Positions 25,248-32,000 of a stretch of 32,000 nucleotides of DNA are shown here, in pieces (the stretch's first letter is position 1; each line of letters begins with the position of its first letter). Location of the stretch: NCBI GenBank assembly GCA_016291435.1, contig JAEEXH010000007.1, positions 25,207-57,206 of the forward strand. The letters are read 5' to 3'. Under the pieces are notes generated by a model. That model was given only the letters and a program-made list of their open reading frames with translations. It was not told where the DNA came from and ran no database searches. The position numbers and the translations under genes were made by a program. This DNA comes from Oscillospiraceae bacterium (GTDB lineage: Bacteria; Bacillota; Clostridia; Oscillospirales; Ruminococcaceae).

Positions 25248-27209
25248 ATGAAACTGTTCAAGCAGATGGTCTCCGGCGTGCTCGCCCTCTCGATGGCGTT
25301 CGGCGCAGCGACCTTCACCACAGCAGATGATTCCGTGCAGGCAGCCTCCGATGCCGTCGCGCTCGTGGAGCAGATGGGCATGGGCTGGAACCTCGGCAAC
25401 ACCTTCGACAGCGCACCTGTCAAGTCCTGGGTCTCGAATGATCCCTATGTGGATACCGAGGTCGGCTGGGGCAACCCCACCACCACCAAGGCGATGATCG
25501 CCGCGATCAAGAACGCCGGCTTCAACACCGTCCGTATCCCGGTCACCTGGTTCGAGAACATGGACAGCTCCGGCAAGGTCGATGAGGACTATCTCGCACG
25601 CATCAAGGCGGTCGTGGATTACTGCATCGACCAGGGCATGTACGCGATCATCAATGTGCACCATGACGGCGCTTCCGCCGCAAACGGCAACAGCGCGACC
25701 GCCGGCGCAACGAATGCGACCATCAACGGCGCATGGCTCTGGCAGGGCACTTCCCAGATGAGCAAGTTCGAGAGCCTCTGGGCACAGATCGCAAACTACT
25801 TCAAGGCGTATGACAACCATCTCGCATTCGCGGGCTGGAACGAGATCAGCCTCTCCTATGCAAATGAGCTGACCTTCGCCAACACCTTCGTCAAGGCAGT
25901 CCGTGCGACCGGCGGCAACAACGCAAACCGCCTGCTCATCATCCCGGCAAACAACACGAACCTCGACGCAGCACTGAACAGCGGCTTCCAGATGCCGACA
26001 GACAGCGCAAATATGACCGCAGTCGAGATCCACTACTATGCACCGCCCGCATTCTCCATCGCAGAGGCGAATGTCACATGGTGCACCCCTGCAACCACTT
26101 GGGGCACTGCCGCTGACGTGCAGGAGATGAAGAACGACATCAACACGCTCTATCAGAAGTTCTCTGCAAACGGCACGCCGGTCATCATCGGTGAGTGCGG
26201 CGTTCTGACGAATGAGGGCAAGAACAAGGAAGACATCCGCGACTGGCTCCAGACGCTCTTCTCCGCATCGCTCGGCTACGACGGCATCTGCCCGGTGCTC
26301 TGGGACAGCTCCGACTGCGGCGACATGCAGTATTTCAGCCGCAAGAATATGAAGTGGAACGACAGCGCGGTCGAGACCATGTTCAAGAACATGACCGGCA
26401 CCGCAACCAACACCACCACGACCTACACCTTCGATGCTTCCAAGTATCAGGCGGAGGACGGCTCCTTTGAGTATCTCTTCGATCTCAAGCCCTTCAAGGG
26501 TCTTGCGCAGATCACCGGCTTCAATATCAAGGGTCACGGCACCTCTACCGGCGCGGATTCCTGCTTCGGCGTCGCCGTGCAGTTCAACGGCTACTACACC
26601 GAGGAGGAGACCGGCAAGGAAGAGGATTATCACTGGCTCGTCAAGCAGATCAGCTACGGCTACAACGCAGAGAGCTATGCCTTCATGCTCGACACCGAGG
26701 TCATGAGCGACGGCGAAAATGACATCGGCACCGACGGCAGCGGCTATCACCTCTCCTATGATTACCTCAAGCTCAACAGCTGGTGGGATAACAACTGCTC
26801 CGACTACGCGATCGACTCTGTCACCCTGATGTTCGATCAGCCGGTCGTGCTCGATGACCAGGGCGATATCGTCACAACACCTTCCGAGACCACCACTACT
26901 ACAACTACGACCACGACCACCACGACCACCACGACCACCACTACGACCACAACCACTACCACCACTTCGACAGAGCCGCAGAAGGTGATCGTCTGGGGTG
27001 ATGCAGACTGCAGCGGTACCTTCGAGATGAGCGATCTCGTGCTGCTCGCAAAGGCTTCTGCCGGCGTGGAAGGCGCGACGCTCTCCGTGGACGGCGTCTC
27101 GAACTGCAACTTGAATGCCAACAGCGGCATCGACAACGGCGATATGACCATTGCACTGAAGCTGATGGCAGGCTTCTATTCCGAGAGCGATATGCCGATC
27201 ACAGGCTGA
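25248..27209 (+). CDS. Secreted GH5 glycoside hydrolase (endoglucanase-like) with unassigned beta-rich module, poly-Thr linker and type I dockerin
   Basis: I chose the start at 25248 (MKLFKQMVSGVLALSMAFG, a signal peptide), which has an AAAGGAG RBS. GH5 motifs are GWNLGNTFD, VRIPVTW, NVHHDG, AGWNE (acid/base) and IGECG (nucleophile). A run of 26 consecutive Thr codons spans 26889-26966. The dockerin Ca-binding loops are GDADCSGTFEMSD and NANSGIDNGD. Confidence 0.85.
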   Translation: MKLFKQMVSGVLALSMAFGAATFTTADDSVQAASDAVALVEQMGMGWNLGNTFDSAPVKSWVSNDPYVDTEVGWGNPTTTKAMIAAIKNAGFNTVRIPVTWFENMDSSGKVDEDYLARIKAVVDYCIDQGMYAIINVHHDGASAANGNSATAGATNATINGAWLWQGTSQMSKFESLWAQIANYFKAYDNHLAFAGWNEISLSYANELTFANTFVKAVRATGGNNANRLLIIPANNTNLDAALNSGFQMPTDSANMTAVEIHYYAPPAFSIAEANVTWCTPATTWGTAADVQEMKNDINTLYQKFSANGTPVIIGECGVLTNEGKNKEDIRDWLQTLFSASLGYDGICPVLWDSSDCGDMQYFSRKNMKWNDSAVETMFKNMTGTATNTTTTYTFDASKYQAEDGSFEYLFDLKPFKGLAQITGFNIKGHGTSTGADSCFGVAVQFNGYYTEEETGKEEDYHWLVKQISYGYNAESYAFMLDTEVMSDGENDIGTDGSGYHLSYDYLKLNSWWDNNCSDYAIDSVTLMFDQPVVLDDQGDIVTTPSETTTTTTTTTTTTTTTTTTTTTTTTTTSTEPQKVIVWGDADCSGTFEMSDLVLLAKASAGVEGATLSVDGVSNCNLNANSGIDNGDMTIALKLMAGFYSESDMPITG

Positions 27210-27231
27210 TCGCCGTTCATAAACCCGAAGT

Positions 27232-27270
27232 GCACACCGTGTCAGAAATGACGCGGTGTGCGCTTTTTTT
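27232..27270 (+). terminator. Intrinsic terminator after the GH5 gene
   Basis: GCACACCG-tgtcagaaatgacg-CGGTGTGC followed by GCTTTTTTT. Confidence 0.8.
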
Positions 27271-27281
27271 GCGGGGAGTGC

Positions 27282-27310
27282 TTGCAATCCTGTGCGAAAA
27301 GTAGTATAAT
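27282..27310 (+). promoter_or_regulatory. Promoter of asnB
   Basis: TTGCAA (27282-27287), a 17-nt spacer, then TATAAT (27305-27310). Confidence 0.6.
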
Positions 27311-27362
27311 AAACATGTGCCGCGTCTCAAATCCCATCCGGCACAGCACAGGAGGCAAATCT

Positions 27363-29255
27363 ATGTGTGGCATTATCGGCTTTACCAACCGCATTGACAA
27401 CGCAGACTCTGTCCTTGAGGAAATGATGGAGCGTATTCGTCACCGCGGACCGGATGCCGGCGGCAAGTATCTCAATGGGGAGATCGCACTCGGACACCGC
27501 CGGCTTTCTATCATCGACATCACGGAATCGGGCAATCAGCCCATTTTCAATGAAGACAGATCACTCGTATTGATCTTCAACGGCGAGATTTATAACTATA
27601 AGGAGCTGCGCGGGGAGCTGCGTACAAAGGGGTACCGCTTCCGCACAGAGACCGATTCGGAGGTGCTGATCCACGGCTACGCGGAATACGGCACCGGGCT
27701 TCTGAACAGGCTGCGCGGCATGTTCTCGTTCGTCATCTGGGATGTAAACCGGAAGCGCCTTTTCGGTGCACGCGATTTCTTCGGCATCAAGCCGATGTAT
27801 TATGCGGAGATGAACGGCACATTCATGTTCGGCAGCGAGATCAAGGCATTTCTCCCGCATCCGCATTTCAAAAAGGAGCTCAACACCGATGTGCTGGAGC
27901 AGTATCTCACGTTCCAGTATTCCCCGACGGAGGAGACATTCTTCAAGGGCGTGAAAAAGCTCCTGCCCGCGCATTATTTCATCTATGAGGACGGCAAGCT
28001 CACCGTTGAGCGCTACTGGGATGTGAAATTCCGGCCTGACGAGCACCCGTTGCTCGGCGACTGGGTGAAGTCCATCTCCGAGACCTTCAAGGATTCCGTC
28101 CGTGCGCACAAGATCGCAGACGTCGAGGTCGGCAGCTTCCTTTCCTCCGGCGTCGATTCGAGCTATGTCGCCGCTGCTGCGAATGTTGACAAGACCTTCA
28201 CGGTCGGCTTCGGCACCGATGAAAAATACAACGAGATCGGCTACGCAAAGCGCTTCTCCCGTGCGATCGGCAAGGAGAATTTCAGCCATGTCATCACGCA
28301 GGAGGAATACTGGGGCGCGCTCCCGATGATCCAGTATCACATGGATGAGCCGCTCGCAGACCCTTCCTGCATCGCGCTCTACTTTGTGTGCAAACTTGCA
28401 GCAGAGCAGGTCAAGGTTGTGCTCTCGGGCGAGGGCGCAGACGAAATTTTCGGCGGCTACAATGTATACAGCGAGCCGAACGCAACATGGTATGACAAGG
28501 TGCCGATGGGCGTGCGCCGTGCGGTCGGCAAGGCGGCAGGTGCGCTCGGTGCCCGCAGAGGCGTCAATTTCCTTGTGCGCAAGGGCAAGACGCTTGAGGA
28601 GTGGTTCATCGGCAATGCGTATATGTTCACGCCGGAGGAACGCAAGGCACTCCTGAAAATCACAACAAACGCGCCCGACCCCACCGCTGTCACGAAGCCG
28701 TTTTATGATCAGGTGCAGGGCTGCGACCCTGTGACGAAAATGCAGTATCTCGATCTGCATCTCTGGATGGCGGGCGATATTCTGCTGAAAGCGGATAAGA
28801 TGAGCATGGCGAATTCGCTTGAGCTGCGCGTGCCCTTCCTCGATAAGGAGGTCATGGCGCTGGCGGAGCAGATCCCCGACCGCTTCCGCGTGACGCGGGT
28901 CACGAAGACGGACGATGACACGCCCTATGTGACGAAATATGCGATGCGCCTTGCGGCAAAGCGCGACACACCGAAGGACACCGCGGAGACCTCGGCAAAG
29001 AAGAAGCTCGGCTTCCCCGTGCCGATCCGCGTCTGGCTGAAACAGGATGACTGCTATGCGACCGTCAAGGCTGCCTTCACCGGGGAGACTGCGGAGCAGT
29101 TCTTCCATACGGAATCGCTGGTGAAACTGCTTGACGATCACAAAAACGGCAAGGCGGACAACTCCCGCAAGATCTGGACGGTCTATATGTTCCTTGTGTG
29201 GTATAAGGTGTATTTTGAGGAAGATGCAGCGTGCGGGGTGCGGAATACCGTTTGA
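27363..29255 (+). CDS. asnB: Asparagine synthase (glutamine-hydrolysing)
   Basis: I chose the start at 27363 (MCGIIGF, with the Cys2 nucleophile), which has an AGGAGG RBS. It has the GATase-2 block HRGPDAGG...LGHRRLSIID and the PP-loop SFLSSGVDSS. Confidence 0.9.
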   Translation: MCGIIGFTNRIDNADSVLEEMMERIRHRGPDAGGKYLNGEIALGHRRLSIIDITESGNQPIFNEDRSLVLIFNGEIYNYKELRGELRTKGYRFRTETDSEVLIHGYAEYGTGLLNRLRGMFSFVIWDVNRKRLFGARDFFGIKPMYYAEMNGTFMFGSEIKAFLPHPHFKKELNTDVLEQYLTFQYSPTEETFFKGVKKLLPAHYFIYEDGKLTVERYWDVKFRPDEHPLLGDWVKSISETFKDSVRAHKIADVEVGSFLSSGVDSSYVAAAANVDKTFTVGFGTDEKYNEIGYAKRFSRAIGKENFSHVITQEEYWGALPMIQYHMDEPLADPSCIALYFVCKLAAEQVKVVLSGEGADEIFGGYNVYSEPNATWYDKVPMGVRRAVGKAAGALGARRGVNFLVRKGKTLEEWFIGNAYMFTPEERKALLKITTNAPDPTAVTKPFYDQVQGCDPVTKMQYLDLHLWMAGDILLKADKMSMANSLELRVPFLDKEVMALAEQIPDRFRVTRVTKTDDDTPYVTKYAMRLAAKRDTPKDTAETSAKKKLGFPVPIRVWLKQDDCYATVKAAFTGETAEQFFHTESLVKLLDDHKNGKADNSRKIWTVYMFLVWYKVYFEEDAACGVRNTV

Positions 29256-29305
29256 TGCGGTATCCGCAGCAGAGCACACAGGGTACCGCCGAAAGGAGGA
29301 TTCCA

Positions 29306-30340
29306 ATGGATGTGTTTATCAGCTACCGGCGCGATGTCGGCTCCCTGCTGGCACATCAGATTCGGGAAATGCTCACGGCTGACGGCATCACTGTCTTCTG
29401 GGATAAGGCGGAGCTGAGCCGTCACACCGGCTTCTTCGATGACGAAATTGTGCAGGCACTCGACAGCGCAGCGTATGTTCTGCTGATTCTGACAGCAGGC
29501 AGCTTTGATGATCTGCGGTCGCATCCGGTGTTTCTGAATGAGATCAATCATGCAATCGCAGCGCGGAAACGCATCATTCCGATCTGCGGAGCGCGGTTTC
29601 AGTTCCCGGAAAACCTTGCGGACTGCGGGGAAGATCTTGTGCAGCTCCCGCGATTGCAGTCGCTCTTTGTGCAGCAGTTCGACGATGCCTTTCATTTTGC
29701 CCTGCTCGGCATGATGACAGAGCTGCCGCGTGCGGCGGAGCTCTACCGGAAGCATACGGTGCAGACGGTTCTTATGTCAAAAAGCGAGGCGGAGCGGGCG
29801 TTTCCGCTGGAGGATCGGCTGTGCGGCGATGTGATCGCCGTGGATTCCGTGTCCTTTTCCGGGCAGACCCTGCTCAGCGTGCAGCGGAGAATGACGGAGC
29901 AGCTGATCCGGAACGGCTGCAACTTCCGCTTTGTGATCTGCGATCCGGATTGCCCGGCAGCAGAGGAAGCATTCCGCTACCGGCTGGAGGGCGGCACGGA
30001 GCGGCAGCGGAGAAGGATGCTGCGCTGCTCCTACGAGGATATGCTGGAGTGGGCAGAATCTGCTCCTGCACAGTTCAAAGGCAGAGTGTTCCGCCTTTCT
30101 ATGCTGTGCTCAATTCTGATTGTGCGGCACAAGGATCCTGCGAAAGATACGATCCGCGTGGTGTATTACGGCTACGGCGAAACTGAGTACGGGCTGCGGC
30201 GTGTGAATCTCACCCGGGCGGATGCTGCCAATTTTGCTTATTATGAGCAGCAGTTTGCGTGGATCTGGGCGCATGCCGTTCCGCCGGAGGACACTGAGAC
30301 CGAATCAAGCTCCCGGCAAACAGACTCAATTCGGAGGTAA
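29306..30340 (+). CDS. TIR-domain protein with unassigned roughly 200-aa C-terminal domain
   Basis: I chose the start at 29306 (MDVFISYRRD), which has an AAAGGAGG RBS 6 nt upstream. The TIR pattern is DVFISYRR..G...A..I...L...GI.VFWD...L..G..F..EI..AL..(S/A).YVLLILT, then VFLNEINHAI (candidate catalytic Glu at about residue 79) and IIPI. The C-terminal half (IAVDSVSFSGQTLL, FRFVICDPDCPAAEEAF, ILIVRHKD, IRVVYYGYG, FAWIWAHA) matches no family I can assign with confidence. Confidence 0.75.
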   Translation: MDVFISYRRDVGSLLAHQIREMLTADGITVFWDKAELSRHTGFFDDEIVQALDSAAYVLLILTAGSFDDLRSHPVFLNEINHAIAARKRIIPICGARFQFPENLADCGEDLVQLPRLQSLFVQQFDDAFHFALLGMMTELPRAAELYRKHTVQTVLMSKSEAERAFPLEDRLCGDVIAVDSVSFSGQTLLSVQRRMTEQLIRNGCNFRFVICDPDCPAAEEAFRYRLEGGTERQRRRMLRCSYEDMLEWAESAPAQFKGRVFRLSMLCSILIVRHKDPAKDTIRVVYYGYGETEYGLRRVNLTRADAANFAYYEQQFAWIWAHAVPPEDTETESSSRQTDSIRR

Positions 30341-30343
30341 AAT

Positions 30344-31426
30344 ATGAGCGAACCGAACTATTCCCACCTGATCGACCTGAACGACTACCCCGTGGAGTGG
30401 TGGAACAAGGTCATCAATCTCGGTGCAACGATCTATCATCACCCGCAGCGCTATGTGCAGGCGTGCGCCGGAAAGATCATGGCGACGCTCTTCTATGAGC
30501 CCTCGACCCGCACGCAGATGAGCTTTCAGTCTGCGATGATCCGGCTCGGCGGCAGCATCATCGGCTTTGATAACCCGATGAGCTCCTCTGTCTCAAAGGG
30601 CGAGAATCTCAAGGACACGACAAAGGTCGTCAGCTCCTATTCGGATATTCTGATCATCCGGCACCCGCTGGCGGGCAGCGCGAAGGCGGCGGCAATGACC
30701 GCAGACTGCTGCGTTGTCAATGCGGGCGACGGCGGGCATCTCCACCCGACACAGACGCTCACCGATCTGCTGACGCTGAAAATGGAGAAGGGACGCCTTG
30801 AACATCTCACCGTGGGTCTCTGCGGCGACCTGCTCTACGGCAGAACCGTGCATTCGCTCTGCAAGGCACTCTCCTGCTATGCGGGCAACAAATTTGTGCT
30901 GATCTCGACGCCTGAGCTGCGTGCGCCGGAGTATATCCGCAAGCTGCTGCGCGATTCGGGCTGTGAATACCGCGAGGAGACCTCGCTCGATGCGGCAATC
31001 GGCGAGCTCGATGTGCTCTATATGACGCGCATTCAGCGGGAGCGCTTTGCATCGCAGGCGGATTATCTCGCGCAGAAGGATATTTACTGTCTCACGCCGG
31101 AGAAGATGGCGCATGCAAAGCCCGATCTCGCGGTGCTGCATCCGCTGCCGCGTGTCGATGAAATCGCGGTGCCGGTCGATGAAGACCCCCGTGCACTCTA
31201 TTTCAAGCAGGCGCAGTACGGCATGTATGTCCGCATGGCGCTGATCCTGAAGCTGCTCGAAAGCGAGAATCATCTGCCTGTGCTGCACGGCGAGGCGAAT
31301 GCCGAGCGGCAGTGCGTCAACCCGAAGTGTATTCTGGCGCAGGAGCACTATCTCCCGCCGCGTTTTGTGCAGGAGGGCGGTCACACGCTCTGTGAGTATT
31401 GCGAGGAGCGGGCGCTGAAGAAATGA
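30344..31426 (+). CDS. pyrB: Aspartate carbamoyltransferase catalytic chain fused to a PyrI-type zinc domain
   Basis: 360 aa. The ATG is 3 nt after the TIR stop, and its GGAGG RBS lies inside the end of the TIR gene. ATCase motifs are LFYEPSTRTQMSF, HPTQ and HPLPRVDEI. The extra C-terminal roughly 45 aa read CVNPKCI-x20-CEYCEE, the same Cys pattern as the PyrI zinc domain. Confidence 0.85.
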   Translation: MSEPNYSHLIDLNDYPVEWWNKVINLGATIYHHPQRYVQACAGKIMATLFYEPSTRTQMSFQSAMIRLGGSIIGFDNPMSSSVSKGENLKDTTKVVSSYSDILIIRHPLAGSAKAAAMTADCCVVNAGDGGHLHPTQTLTDLLTLKMEKGRLEHLTVGLCGDLLYGRTVHSLCKALSCYAGNKFVLISTPELRAPEYIRKLLRDSGCEYREETSLDAAIGELDVLYMTRIQRERFASQADYLAQKDIYCLTPEKMAHAKPDLAVLHPLPRVDEIAVPVDEDPRALYFKQAQYGMYVRMALILKLLESENHLPVLHGEANAERQCVNPKCILAQEHYLPPRFVQEGGHTLCEYCEERALKK

Positions 31427-31462
31427 ATGCGGAATTACGCGCGTTTTCAGATATGTAAAAGC

Positions 31463-31500
31463 AGCAGCACTGTCATTCCCGGCAGTGCTGCTTTTCTTTC
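31463..31500 (+). terminator. Intrinsic terminator after pyrB
   Basis: AGCAGCACTG-tcattcccgg-CAGTGCTGCT followed by TTTCTTTC. Confidence 0.8.
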
Positions 31501-31599
31501 TGCTGAAAAATGTCAATCCCCTGTCAGAAAATCCCCCTCCCGCCTGACTGTATATTATGAAAGCGCTTTTCAAACAGCCTATGAAATGAGGTGACACCT

Positions 31600-32000
31600 A
31601 TGCAGGACAGTGAACTCATCGCCATGCTCCGCGAGACGCCGGAAAAAGGCTTCGCGGCGGTCGTGAAGCAATACGGCGGCTATGTGTATACCATTGCGGC
31701 AAATCAGCTCCGCGGCACCGGCACGGCAGAGGACATCGAGGAGACCGTCAGCGATGTGTTTGTGATGCTCTATCAGTGGATGCAGACGCATGACACCGCG
31801 GGCGCAAATCTCCGCGCACTGCTCGCCGTGATGGCAAAGCGGCACAGCATCAACCGCTTCTATGCACTCACCCGGCAGCCGGTCACAGACAACATCGACG
31901 CATTGCTCGCAGAGCCGCAGAGCAGCACCCCGCCCGATGAACAGGTCGCCCTCATGGAGACCGTGCGCTCGCTCGGGGAGCCTGACAGCGAGATCATTCT
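31600..32000 (+). CDS. Sigma-70 family (ECF-like) RNA polymerase sigma factor, 3'-truncated by the window edge
   Basis: This ORF is absent from the track because it runs off the window. I translated it by hand from the ATG at 31600 (RBS GAGGTGA). It reads MQDSELIAMLRETPEKGFAAVVKQYGGYVYTIAANQL...AEDIEETVSDVFVMLYQW...LRALLAVMAKRHSINRFY...LGEPDSEII with no stop codon. The region-2-like blocks are typical of ECF sigma factors. Confidence 0.65.
   Translation, partial: MQDSELIAMLRETPEKGFAAVVKQYGGYVYTIAANQLRGTGTAEDIEETVSDVFVMLYQWMQTHDTAGANLRALLAVMAKRHSINRFYALTRQPVTDNIDALLAEPQSSTPPDEQVALMETVRSLGEPDSEII

Overview
The window looks like a chromosomal segment from a high-GC (about 60% by eye), spore-forming Firmicute that makes cellulosome components. 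It resembles Oscillospiraceae/Ruminococcaceae, but no species can be assigned. Most of it is housekeeping or sporulation coding sequence that I can recognise from motifs in the translated ORFs. These are a metallophosphoesterase, a P-loop ATPase with two half-size DMT membrane proteins, a PAS-GGDEF-EAL protein, pfk, an M24 aminopeptidase, metG, spoIIP, an OmpR/histidine-kinase pair, parA-parB, guaB, a Big_2/VanY-type carboxypeptidase, spoVAC, a GH5-dockerin enzyme, asnB, pyrB and a 5'-partial ECF-type sigma factor. There is one tRNA-Arg(CCG). Many promoters show a near-consensus TTGACA-17-TGnTATAAT arrangement, and there are several clear intrinsic terminators.

Seven things are not explained by ordinary annotation:
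1. A tandemly duplicated three-gene cassette (7084-9619) encodes single-pass membrane proteins. Two of each three carry a C-terminal CPxCG-x10-CxxCG zinc ribbon. I recognise no function for any of them.
2. A TIR-domain protein with an unassigned roughly 200-aa C-terminal domain sits tightly between asnB and pyrB.
3. PyrB carries a fused PyrI-type zinc domain, and there is no separate pyrI.
4. A roughly 85-nt three-hairpin repeat lies on both sides of the VanY-like gene, inside its predicted UTRs.
5. A hairpin-dense 177-bp tandem repeat lies between tRNA-Arg and an Avd-like four-helix-bundle gene.
6. An AT-rich GNAT islet follows guaB.
7. MetRS, PFK and the GGDEF domain each have non-canonical catalytic motifs.

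The long antisense ORFs in the track are treated as high-GC artefacts.
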